The notes: a model not told the origin generated them from the sequence alone. 64,000 bases of DNA from the human T2T-CHM13v2.0 reference genome, Homo sapiens (GCF_009914755.1 NC_060938.1); one strand, 5' to 3'; positions 29,950-42,231 are shown, numbered from the stretch's first letter. Numbers and translations are program-made.

Positions 29950-30775
29950 CATCATTTCTTGGAGTGTGGGCTGAGGACCCTTTTGGGGTGCCTATGAGGA
30001 CAAAACTATTTTACAGTAAAACTAAGACATTATTTTCCCTTTTCACCATAGACAAAAATTTAGCCAGCTGTGGTGGTGTATGCCTGTAGTCCCAGCTAAT
30101 CAGGAGGCTGAGACGAGAGGATTGCTTGAGCCCAGGAGTTCCAGGCTATGGTGAGCTATGATTTTGCCACTGCAGTCCAGCCTGGGTGGCAGAGTGAGAC
30201 CCTGTCTCGAAAAAAAATCACGCATGAACAAAAAAATCTATAGGTCAATGGATTTTAATGGCTATGGTTATGAATATCTTATTACTATTATTTCAGATCC
30301 CACATTATGACTAACTTTTAAGAAACTACTACTTGTTGAGTTTTGGTGTAATAGCAAAGAATACCCATAATTATATGAAAAAGCAATGATATTTGAACTT
30401 AACTCTTTTCTAACTCCATATACATGTGAGGCTGGATTTTCTTCATGCACAATCAAAACAACATAGCATTATAAGAGATTTAATACAGAAGAGATATCTG
30501 TCTTCTACTAAGACAGATATTAAAGAGAACCAATAATATAAAACAGTATCACAGTTCTATTTTTTGTTTGGGGATAAAATAATTAATTTTTTATAAAAAA
30601 GTTATGCTGTGTAATGAGTTTATCATTGTTATTTTAAAATGAAATAATAAGTTTATAGGTTTTAAATTTGAACACAGTAAATATTCATAGATGTGATATA
30701 TATAATCCAAATCTCTTTCAGTGGCTCAAAAATATTAAAGGGGACTTGAGACAAAAATGTTTGTGAATCATTGCA
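29950..30775 (+). mobile_element. Charlie1-type hAT transposon remnant interrupted by an Alu right arm (30051-30217)
   Basis: Decayed hAT C-terminal dimerisation-domain sequence (ttgagttttggtgt...aaagaataccca...tgtgaggctggattttcttca) and a terminal gagacaaaaatgtttgtgaatcattg. An AluJ/FRAM-type monomer lies inside. Confidence 0.75.
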
Positions 30776-31371
30776 CTATGTAATACTTTAGTGAAAGATT
30801 TCAATTATCCTTACCCTCATTGATTCAAAAAGATTTGGAATAAAATCCAAATATTCTTATTTCCAATAATAACCAATATAGAATCTGATATCCAAATTGT
30901 ATTTACACTTTGTGAAGCTATTTTATTTTATGCCTCTACACTTCTTGTATATGATTGATGCCAGAAGATTACTAACCTTTATGTAAAGCAAAACTTCAAG
31001 CCTCTAGAAAAGTGCTCCTGACTTCATGGAACGCTTGCAAGACTTTTACATGGCATCCTTCTTGACTTTGATGAAAAAGTTAGTCACTCATAATTTCAGT
31101 TATATTGTTGTAAGTTTAGAAGAAATAACTGTTTATACTTGTCAACCTTCATAAAGAGAACACGTAAATATTTTATAACTTGTCTGAGTAATCACCAAGA
31201 ACTTTTCCATCACCACGAAAAAAAACTTGGAAGAGAACTTAGACATTGGTCTTCTGGGAATGATTACCTTACATTGAGTAATTAACATGTGTTAGGCACT
31301 GTACTAAGTACTTTACATATACTTTATATCAATTAATGCCTACAATAATCCTTTAAGATCTATATTATTAG

Positions 31372-31693
<322 letters not shown>

Positions 31694-32136
31694 TATACTA
31701 GTTTTACAAATAAAGGAACTGAGGCTTGGAGAAAGTAAACAAATTGGTTGAAGTCACTTAGCTTGTAAATGGTAGAATCACCTTCAACTCAGAGAACATA
31801 ATTCACACCCTGTGTCTTGACCATGTTTGATTACTCTTCTCATCTGGCTTGGCTCCCAATCCCCATGCCAGTTTTGTGCATTTTACATAAATCTATTGTT
31901 GCCCTTATGATATTTTGTTGCAATTTATTTGTTTACTATCTACCTCTTCTAATAAACTATTGACTCACTAAAGGAGGAAAGTGTGTCTGGATTCCCACCA
32001 CACAGGACACATCTATTCTTGCTGGATCGAATTAATACCAGGTTGCGGACGCAAAGAGAGCTTAAATAATATGCCTTTGACTGCTCAGTCAGTGTGTGTA
32101 GCAAAGTTGGGATCTTCTGTCATAAACACTCTAGGT

Positions 32137-32325
32137 CAGTGGTTCTCAAATGTGCGCCTGGGCCAACTGCATCAGCGTCACCTAGGAACTTGTTAGAAAT
32201 GCAAATTATTGGTCTCACTCCAGATTTACAGAATAAGATTTTGTAGAGGTAAGCCCCAGAAGCTTGTGTTTAAAAAAACCCGTCTTGTAATTCTGATGCA
32301 CCCTAAAGTCTGAGAATCATCTCTC
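32137..32325. mobile_element. MER5A
   Basis: cagtggttctcaaa...gcatcagcgtcacctaggaacttgttagaaatgcaaatt...aattctgatgcac...gtctgagaatca. Confidence 0.85.
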
Positions 32326-35300
32326 TAGGGTGAAGGAACATAACAGTTTAATAAAAACAGAAAGGTTTACTCAGCATGCAGCTTAATAAATCCATTTGTT
32401 TGATCTGCTGTATTATTAGGCTTATGCAATATTCTATTTTATTGAAAATGAAAAATTCATCTCAGAACTCTAATGTTTTTATTTTGAAAAAAATTCAATC
32501 CAAAGCAATTAGCTATCCCGTTAGTCAATCAGGCATTGAATTAATAATTTTATAATCAATAAGAAAATTCAGTGAAGAGTCCAATGGCTACATGGGTATG
32601 CCTACTAGGAAGAACCAAGTGAAGTAGAAACTCAAGTTCCAGTTAGCACTGTGTATAATTTCCAGTGAAACAAAAACTAGCCATGATCCGCAGATCTGTG
32701 CTGCAGGTACCAAGTTATGTCTTAGTAGTTCCATCGAAGTTCTAATTACGCTGACAGTAATAGAAGCAGCAAACTACTAGAACCAACATTTAGGACCCTT
32801 ATATTCACAGGAAAACACCAAATCAGTTCTCTAGAAATTAGAAATATTTCATTCTCAACATCAAATCCACTATCATGAGAAAATAAGCAAAAGAAACTTA
32901 AAAGATTGTTGTTTAAAGACAAATTTGTCTTTTAAATATGTTAAGAGTAGTTATTTTGCCTTTAAATCAAAGTTCATTTATAGTTATATTGATTTGCACA
33001 TGCTTTAGAATTATGTGTGCCACAACGTGTAAATATTTTAACTAAAATCCTCATATGGATTTCTGAAACCCTTCCCCACTAATTTTTCTAAACAACGTCT
33101 CCTCCCCTACTGCCTGCTACTGAGTTTAAAAGCTAAAAGACTCTTCTAACTATACCTCTTCTTTTTCTAGCTATATATTTATAAAGTCCTCTGAGAATTA
33201 GTTTAGCATAATAGCTTGAGATATTTCAGTTTGATATATGTAGTACTAATATGAAAAAATCCTCAGAACTCTTTTTATATATTATATATGGATGTACATA
33301 TATAATAAAAATTTATTAGCCATTATCTCTTAATTCCTCAGTTTCTCTTCTGGAATACCAAGAATGATTATATTGCTAAGTTTATGGTTGTTTTCCTCCC
33401 CTGACATTATTGTTTTGTTTTTGAATGTACTAAGGACATATTAATAGCATGGCAAATTTAGCAGTAAGAGCTAGAATTCCATTTGGATTGAGGAGCAAAG
33501 ATGGAAAATTGGTTAAATTAAAGATTTAAGCCCTCTACAGAATGTAAAAATCTTCTTCCCAAGATACGATGGAGGTACTGTGTAATACTAGTTCATGGCT
33601 TCTCCCGTAATAAAGACTCAACTCTCAGGTTGTTGGAAATTATGAGAGTTTCTTTATAGAAAAAAAACAAAAACAAAAAACCCTTTTTGCAGCATAATCA
33701 CTTCAGTAAAAACATCTAACATTTCAGAGAAAAGCATTTTTTACTTTATCATTACCTATAGTATTTTTATTCTACTTATGTTGTTTTGCTTTACCTTTTC
33801 CTGATCTCTGTATGTATTTTTTTCTTCTTAAATATCTGACCAAATTGAAGCAAAAATTAGATATATTCAGGTTTTGTAGCCTTCTCTCTCCTACCTGTCA
33901 TTGGCACCTTCTGACAGAAAATAGTGAAAATTCAAAGTCAAACAATTTAAGTACATGGAAATGAATTTTTCAGAGACTAGATATTAGTATTGTATGAGTA
34001 AAAGGCACAGTTGTACACTGACAAGGATAAAGATATAAATATGTAACTGTGTATCTATATATCATATGCATGTATTTGGGGTTAAAACATCAAATAATCC
34101 TTTTCCAAGTCTCTACACGCACTGAAATTTATATGTTGCAGGGGTATAAAATGAGAGAGTATACAGTTTAGTGCTAACTGGAGTCCTTTTGGTTGGGTGA
34201 ATGCCAAAGCAACTTTCAAAATATTTCAAAACAGCTGCCAGCATGTAAAGATTTTAACTGAAGGAGCAGAGTAATGAAATCTGAATTACTAATGAGAGAA
34301 TAAACTTATATTTTGCTTAAGGTCCTTAATGAACATGGAGATAAGCAGATCCAATAAGGAATTCGTCTCTCATGCATGCAAACCGACCTTCTGAAACTAT
34401 ACATGTAAGGATAAAATACTGAAACAGACTTAACATTGCGTTGTAAGGTAACCTACTATGCAAATCTTCTTTGAGTATTTTGTGTATTCCTGTTTTAGAA
34501 AACAAAGTTTCTGGAGGGCAGGAGCCATATTAATTCTCGTAAAGATGGGTAATTGAAAGCTTGGAACTTTGAAGTTGAATGTGCTCATTAAACTATTTTA
34601 ATAACAAAGTATAATTGAAAAGGCTTCAGCTTATGTAGTTTTAAATGTCCAACAACAAATCTCACATTTTCTTTCCATTGGGGCAATTTTGCCCTTTGGG
34701 CTTCCAAGAAAAAATTGCCCTCCAAAAGTGATGGGAATCAGGCTGATACATTTTCAAGCCAACGATTTTGTAAAATAAGTAGTGAATAAAATGTAATTGC
34801 TGGCCTCTTCTAGTCATAGAATTGGTATTGAAACAAAGAAGAGCAATAATATTCTTTGTAAATATAACTCATTGTTGACTGTGCAGAAAGACTTTAAAAG
34901 GGAAACTAATCTTCTAAAAGTTCTGCACTTTTGGCCACAGACGGCTTTTCCCTCCTTTGACTCACTTGGCACATTGAGGCTGCCTCTGGATGCACAGGAT
35001 CAAGGTGGAGTATTGCATTACATTCCTGGAGTACACATGGATCCAGGAGCCACTTGCTGGAAGCCTCCATCAACTGGTTGGCCTAGACATCTGTGGCAGG
35101 CACAGCACCACCCCACAGTGGGGCAACAATTAAAACAAAAGCTATTTTATAGAAAGGCACCGCCTGCATTGGGGTTCATTTTTAGCCTCATTCATGAGTC
35201 ATTTACATACTAGACTTCCTTTGGCCTACAATACCGCCGGCCTTGACCAATGCAGTCAGAGAAAGAAACTTTTCCCAACCCCTAAAACATTCCTGACCTC

Positions 35301-37214
35301 TCTCGAATTGACATAAACTCCCATTTCTCGCCCTGAGAAAGCCTGCGGAGAGCCAAGGAGTGATATTTGTGATCTTTTCAGAGCAAGAGAGGTAGGGAGG
35401 AGAGCGCGCTGAGATCCAAGTCAACCTGCGACGCCCAGCGCTGTGTGCTCCGCGTGGGATGAGGACCCACTTCTGTGATCAAATCTTTCCCACCAGCCTG
35501 GCCTTCGCCCCCACGCCCACAATCCCGGCCCAAAGACCTTGCGTTTGGCCTCTGCACAATAAGTATCCCCGAAATGAATGCCGTTAAGCTAGAAAATGAT
35601 CTCTTCTCGGGAAGGAGGGAGTCAGGACCTCGGTTAGGTCTTCAACAAACTCGTGGGATCCCTCACACAAGGCACAGATGCTCATTACGATTCTTTTTAC
35701 GTGCAACACGTGGGGGACGAAGCAGTTTCATATCTCCTGGTATTATCTGCCGTCCAAAGCATTTTCTTTGAAAGGAAAATGGAAACGCAGCTGCGCCGTG
35801 GGCCCGGCCAGCGAGAGCTGGGGCTCCCTCCCTCTGTTTCCCAGCGGCTGCCGGGTGCAGGAGGCGCCTCCGGAAACTGACTTGGGTTAGGGGAGTTCAG
35901 AGGTTGCCCCAGCAGGCGCGGGACGCCGCCAGGGCGAAGGCTCGTCTTTGTGCGGGTTGGCTGTTTCCCGAGAGCCATCAGGGTGGGAGGGGACGCCCGG
36001 GTCTGCGGCAAGGGCAGGCGTCTGGCCCCTACACCGTGTGCGGGGACGCTAGGCTGGGCGGCCTGTGTCACTCTTGGCCTTGGCAACTTCTGGCCAATCC
36101 GCCCTGCCCCTCTGGGTCCCGGCGGGCCGGCTGCGCCCTAGGCTCAAAGGGTTAAGCAGGTGCCTCTCCGGGCGAGGCGCTATTGGCCGAGGGCTGGGGC
36201 GGCGCGGCCGCGGTCACCACGCTTCGCCGATCCCAACTTGGGTTCCTGCGGAAGGCAAGGCGGCCACTCGTCCCCTGGCTGCGGCTGCGGGGCCCAGGCC
36301 TTGGCGCGCAGGGAGTGGGAAGGAGAAAAGGACGAGAAGGGGCAAGCACCAGCCGCACCAGCAAAGGGGGCGAGGGTGGCGCGCGCAAGATGAGGGGAGC
36401 TGAAGCCCTGCATCCCGAAGGAGGCTGCGCCCACCGCCCGCAACTCCACTCCAGGCTCGCCAGCCGGAAGAAAGAGGAGGAAGTGGGACAACGGGGGTCC
36501 TGGGCAGGGGTAGGGGAAACGATCAACTCCCACTGCCCCCACCCACTAGCCGAGTTGGAATGCAAGTCGTCACTTAAAAAGGCTCACCCAAACCGCAGGC
36601 ATACCTCCTCACCCCTTAAAGAAACATTGATGTAATAGTGTGGAGAAGTAACTGAGAGACGCGAGGAAATAAATGCACGTGTTTTCTCTTTTTGTTTCCC
36701 TGGTGGTTGGAATTTGCAGAGTTCGTCTCAGTGGTGGCTGCTAATTTATTCGTTTCATCGGTCGAAAGGGGCGTATAGAGGTGGGTCAGCGGGGCACAAC
36801 CGGATCCCTCTAACCGGACCTCACCTCACAAGTTTGTCCTGGACCAACCCGCCCGCCCACCAGCAGAGGGAAGGGCCCATTCTTATAAGGAGAACAAACT
36901 CTCCATTGCACAAAAGCGGCTTCTTTTTTTCTCTCCGTCTTTGCACACCATCCCTCCTCGATAAGTATCAAGTTCTCGAGGAGCCCAACTTGCGCTTGGC
37001 AGCCCTCGCGCTGCCTGATGTGCATAAGACGGGCAGAGAGGGGTTCCGGCCAGGAAGGGAGGCTCTACGCCCCCATTCCTGCACACGCGGGCTGGCTTCC
37101 AGGTTGCTGGAAGCCGCGGGAGGCGCGAGCTTGCCTGGATGGTGGTTATTTCTCTAGAGAAAGGAGGAGAGAGAGAGCGCGCCTGAGTCTTGCACTTTGG
37201 GTCGGAAGTGCGCG

Positions 37215-37216
<2 letters not shown>

Positions 37217-37250
<34 letters not shown>
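37217..37250. repeat. (GT)17 microsatellite in the upstream promoter
   Basis: Directly counted. Confidence 0.97.
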
Positions 37251-37254
<4 letters not shown>

Positions 37255-37745
37255 GGGGGCGGGAAAGAAACGCACCCTCCGCTGCCGGTCATTCCCTTGC
37301 ACCGGCCAAGTCCTCGCCAAGCCTCCCGGTGCATCCTTCCTCCGCCACCCCCTCCCCTTCTTCCCTCAGCTGGGCTCGCGCGGCGCAGCCGGAGCAGCCA
37401 GTGAGAGCAACATCCTGGAAAGAGGGGGGAGCACCGCCGCCCCCCAAAAGGGAAAAAAGGCCCCACCCTGACACGTTTTGCTGTTTGCAAGTCCCTCGCA
37501 CGCCCCCCGCACCTCCTCCTCGCGCTTGCGGCCCCCCCCACCCCAGCCCGCTGCGCGCACATCAAAGCGCCTCTCCGCCGCGCACAGTGGCCGCGGCTCA
37601 CTAATGGGATTGCAGGCTGGTGCCTGGCTCCGCTGCTGCCGCCGCCGCTGCTCGCGCTGCTGCTGCTGCCGCCGCCCGAGCCCGAGCCCGAGCCCCCGCC
37701 AGCCAGAGCCCAGAGCCGCCGCGCCCGGGGGCCGAAGCCGCGGCG

Positions 37746-37903
37746 ATGATCCGAATCTTTCCGGATTTCAGCGTGCAGGTGACGGCCGCGGCGGCCGGCG
37801 GGGCGGCCGCGGGGGTGCCGGCCGGCGCGGGCATGGGGAGGGCCGGCGCCGCGGCCAACGGCACCCCGCAGAACGTCCAGGGCATCACCTCCTACCAGCA
37901 GCG
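37746..37903 (+). CDS. NPAS3: NPAS3 upstream alternative first coding exon (MIRIFPDFSVQVT...MGRAGAAANGTPQNVQGITSYQQ-R, phase 2)
   Basis: In-frame ATGs at 37746 and 37833 (GGC ATG G, strong context). A consensus donor CG|GTGAGT at 37904 gives the same phase-2 CG junction as the canonical exon. MGRAGAAANGTPQNVQGITSYQQR matches my recollection of the mouse/alternative NPAS3 N-terminus. Which ATG is used is uncertain. Confidence 0.85.
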
Positions 37904-40900
37904 GTGAGTAGTCCCGCCTGGGCTGGGATAGTGCCCCCGCCCCGGGGTGCTGGGGTGGGACTCACTTTGCCTCCTGTTTTGTGTCTTACAACACACATGC
38001 ACATTGCCAGGGCTCACTTTGCCTGCCCCTCGTTCTACAGATGAGGAAGAAAAACACACTTCACTTTGGTGGATTGAAAAGCACTCCAGTGCGCTGGCGA
38101 AGTGAAATCATCCTTTGCCCTTTGCCTGGCCCCAAATCCAGAGCTTCAGCCCCGAGTAGCGGAGGAGTTGCAGCGAAGTCTGAGACGCCGCACAAGGTGC
38201 TTTTGCAAAGTTTAGGATCCTCATCCCTTTCCAGTGGAATTTTCTCAATGCCTCAGCCGGATGCGGACCCGCGCATACGGACAGCTAGGGGGGCAATTGA
38301 TCACTGGAGGCTGATTGATCATTTGTTTCCAAACAGAATAGGAACGATTTTCATGTGTAGCTGTAAACTTGCAATTCTACATAATAGTGTTATCATGTCA
38401 CCTGTTACTACAGGGAAATACAGCATGAAATCCGAGTCTCTTCGGCGCTGTTAAGTATTCATCTTAAACGCATTATAATGCAAATGCATAAGATTCAGGG
38501 ATACAAGTTAGGAAGCAAATTTTACAAAGTCAGGCTAGGTGGTGAGAAGGAAGTTTTAAAGTATTATTTGTAGTTCTCTTAAACGTATTTATAGATTTTT
38601 CTTAAAAATTACGTATTTGACATTGAAATAGTAATTTGATTCAATAAGGAAAGAAAGGGAAAGCAATTTACCACTACCAACAGCTTTAGAACCCTGAAGT
38701 TTTTCCTGAAGGACAACTTCTGATGTTCCAAGATTTTACTGAAAATGTAATCCACGAAAATGCGCTGAGAAAAACTAACAATGTACTATGAAAGGTAAAC
38801 TCCCCATTTGTGGGGCTTGGTTTTATAAAAGATGGAAGAAAAAAGAACACATGAAAGTGTGAAATTAAATATTTGTGTTTCCCAGATTGCACATGATTAA
38901 ACATCTGAGAGATTTGCCAATGGCATTTAACTTAAAATATACACAATGCATAATTCAAATAACAGTTCCTATTTTTACCTTGTATTTCAAACTTCATTGA
39001 TTTGAGAACCTTTGATTTGAACCAACAGTATTTAAACTGAAAAGGTTAAGATAATCTATCACTGCCATATTTTGTGCCTTCCAAGCAATGGCCCAGTGAC
39101 CAGAGCAGATTTTGCATAACACACTGAGTGTTTTCCAAGTTGATGTCCAGTATTCCAAATATTCTGTAGAAGACTTCATTATATGCTCTGTGTACTGTCT
39201 GAAGTTTTTTTTTTTTTTAAAGAGTTTGGAAAATAACTCAAAAAGGGGCTATTCCTTGTCAAAGGGATTTTTGATTTAAATTATTTTAGTCTTGTTTTAC
39301 TTCAGTGATTACAGGAATCTTTAATACAAAAGATCTGGGACTCTTTCAAACATGAAAGACTAGAAAAGAATTAGATTTTTCCTTTTCATGGTTCAGGTAT
39401 GTTTTTTTGGTCACTTATACAACATTTAAATGACAATAGTATCTGGCGGTCACTTTAACTAGGAAGTGCAGGCAATGGTCACAATAGTATGGTCTGTGAA
39501 GTAGGGAGTCAAGGGTCAGAAATGTCAGATGGCCTTTGGAAGATTTCAGGGACCTCCGGGAACTTGAGCTAACTTATACCATATAAATTGGGCATAAAAG
39601 GGTGGGGGATTAGGAATTTTCTGCCATCAGGTTTGCTCTGAGTGTTGTTATCCTTTACCATAAAGATCACCTCAGAGAGAATTTTCCCTCAAGGCAGGAG
39701 CACCAGGGGCAGTCCCCTACAGTCTGCCACCTCAGCACTGAGAGCTGCACTGGTGCTTTCCACTTTCAACTTTGAATTTGGGCACCTTATGAAGTCTCTG
39801 AATCCCACTGCAGTTCTAAAGACTAAGGCTTTTTTTTTTTTTTTTCTAGCATCTCTAAACTTTAGCCTTTGGGGTGTATTATTCCCTCCTTCGATTTTTA
39901 TGTTATATTGGCAGAAGAGAAGATGATAGCTGTGAAAAATGTAGCCTTCTTTGATTTTGTTACTAAGACATGATGACACCTGTTACTGTCTTTTAGTCAA
40001 AATAGGGGGAGGGGGGCAGAGAGTGAGCCGTGTAGGTCAAGGTCATTGGCAGGTGTTGGAGGTAGGGTCTGAGTCAGGAGTCCCCTGTCCTCTGGCACCT
40101 CAACAGGATTGTGGGGTTCTGAAGGACAGACTTAGTTTCCGCTTGGATTTGTTTCCATCTGGATTTGTTTGTTAAGTGAATGGTGACATATCATTTTACC
40201 AAAAAATTATTTTTAAGTACTTTTGAGGAGTCCGCCGCGGGAGTGACAGGAGTGGGGGGTTTTTCAAGCAAAGAGTGGCCTCTTGGGAGACTACAAGCTT
40301 CTCTCATTTGTCATCTTCGGGCAGAAACCCCCTAGACTGGGTGTCCTGGAGCCAAAACTTTGAACTGGCAACTTTTTCCCTTCTCTGCCAGCCCATGTAT
40401 ATCTTGTCCATAACACTCTCCACTCCAGTTCATTTCTCATTCTCTCCTACCTGTAGAGTGTACTCCAAAGAGAACTTAAACACCATCATGCAGATTAAAC
40501 ACCTCTACCACGAAAAACATTTATGTGTTCCTTTGGAAGTTTCCAACTCCCAGCCCTACTTTACTGGAGTCGTAGAGACCGAATGGAGGACCCCTTTTCA
40601 GGTCTTTATTTTTTTCTTAAGCTTAAAGTCAAATGCAGAACCTCACACAGGACTGATGTTTTCCATCAGGCGCTTTCATTCATTCAAAGTGGAAATGCTT
40701 TGGGAGTCCTTTCTACTTGCCTGGTTGACACATGACTGACCCAAGTCTCTGCGTAAAAAGCTGTCCACACGCTTCTGATTGGTTTAGTGGAGAAAACGCT
40801 CTGACCAGGGTCTACCCAGGTAACAGGATTCTAGCCCGGGCCCTGCACTGAGTAGCCAGCCTTTCTCTAGGCCTTGCTGAACTGTCAAACCGGGGTGCGG

Positions 40901-41350
40901 CTGGGCTAGATCCCAGAGGGTGGCAGTCCGGTCCCAAGTCCCGGGACCCGAGTCGGGAGGGGCTTCTGTATGTGAGTTTAAACGTGCGGGGATTCACCTG
41001 TGAACCCTGGGGTCTGCACTCCTGTACGTCCGTGACTGATGCAGATGCTCCGGCTTTGGGAACGCTGCTGAGAGCGCCAGAGCCACAAGGTGCTTGTGCT
41101 GCTGCTGCACCGCCCACGGGGCTCTTGGGCCCATCTGCTTGGGCCAGCGCACCCCCCATCCGTATTGATTTCCGCTGCCCCCAAGGAGCTCCCGGGACTG
41201 TGTCCTGCCCCAGCTCGCTCCTGTGGCCTCCCAGTTCTTTTTTCTGTTTCTTTCTTTCCTCCTGGCTGCAATACTCCAGAGAAGGGAAGTGTTTGAAACT
41301 GCAACTGAGTGGCGTTGTTGCGCCGGCAGCCGAGCCTCCCAGTCCCCCAA

Positions 41351-41356
<6 letters not shown>

Positions 41357-41381
<25 letters not shown>

Positions 41382-41385
41382 AATT

Positions 41386-41442
<57 letters not shown>
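41357..41442. repeat. Interrupted (AG)12-AAATTGAC-(AG)27 microsatellite
   Basis: Directly counted. Confidence 0.97.
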
Positions 41443-41446
<4 letters not shown>

Positions 41447-42032
41447 GGGGGAGGTGTGTGTCTGCGTACGAGAGAGCGCTCTGGAGCAAAGCAGCTGGAA
41501 AATGCCCAGAAATACTTTCACAGCGGTCAAGCTGGAACCCCCCGCGTGTCCTCCCCCTTCCCGCTCCTCCCGGCCTAGACCCCGCGCCCCCCGCAGGGAG
41601 GGTGTGCGCCCCACCTGCCACCGGGCGGCTCCGGGTGGTAGAAAGGGGTGACGGGGGACGGGGGCGGGGGCGGGTGGCGGCGCGGGGGTGAGAACCCGGA
41701 GGCGGCGGGGCCCTGGGCCGGGCTGCCCGCGGGACCGCGCGGCCGCCTCCCCCCGCCGCCGCCGCCGCCTCCCCCTCCTCCTCCTCCGCCGCCGCCGCCG
41801 GTCGCCTGTCTCCGCGCCGGGCATGCCTCGGGAGCCGGGGCGGCCCGGGCCGCGGGCGCTCTGCGGCGCATGGACGGCGGCGGCGCCGGGCGAGCAGCGG
41901 GAGGAGAAGGCGCAGGCGGCGGCGGAAGCGGCGACCCACGGCTGGGAGCACCGGCGGCGCGAGGGGACGGCCGGCCGCCCGCGAGGCTCCGGCCCCACTA
42001 CTTTTCCGTAGCCTCCCCACCTCAGCAGCACG

Positions 42033-42086
42033 GCCGCCGCCGCCGCCGCCGCCGCCACGGCCACGGCCACGGCCCCGGCCCCGGCC
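42033..42086. repeat. (GCC)8 followed by (ACGGCC)3(CCGGCC)2
   Basis: Directly visible ~150-200 nt upstream of the canonical ATG. Confidence 0.93.
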
Positions 42087-42231
42087 ACCGCCCGCCGGGC
42101 AGCCCAGAGCGCCGCGCACGGCCGCACTCTCCCGCCACCCCACGCACACGCACACCCCCGCCCGCCCACGCCCCCCACCCGGGAGGGGGGAGAGAGGCAA
42201 AAAGTAAGAGAGGAAAAAAAATAGCAGGAAG

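Larger units (their letters stand above)
35340..38300. promoter_or_regulatory. NPAS3: CpG island / upstream NPAS3 promoter
   Basis: Abrupt rise in GC and CpG. Contains CCAAT at 36094, ATTGG at 36182, GC boxes, ETS-type CGGAAGTG at 37203, NRF1-like TGCGCGCA at 37552, and the upstream first exon. Confidence 0.9.

Noticed and set aside
35475-37604. Many overlapping 60-150 aa ORFs in the upstream CpG island
   Set aside because: Same GC artefact; no recognisable protein and no supporting splice structure.
40732-40825. ATG at 40732 to donor CAG|GTAACA at 40820 as another coding first exon
   Set aside because: The 88 nt end in phase 1, incompatible with the phase-2 NPAS3 junction. A non-coding leader cannot be excluded but has no other support.
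42021-42041. REST/RE1-like sequence CTCAGCAGCACGGCCGCCGCC
   Set aside because: It matches 16 of 21 consensus positions, but the mismatches hit the core CACC and GGACAG positions, and the similarity is largely due to the GCC repeat.
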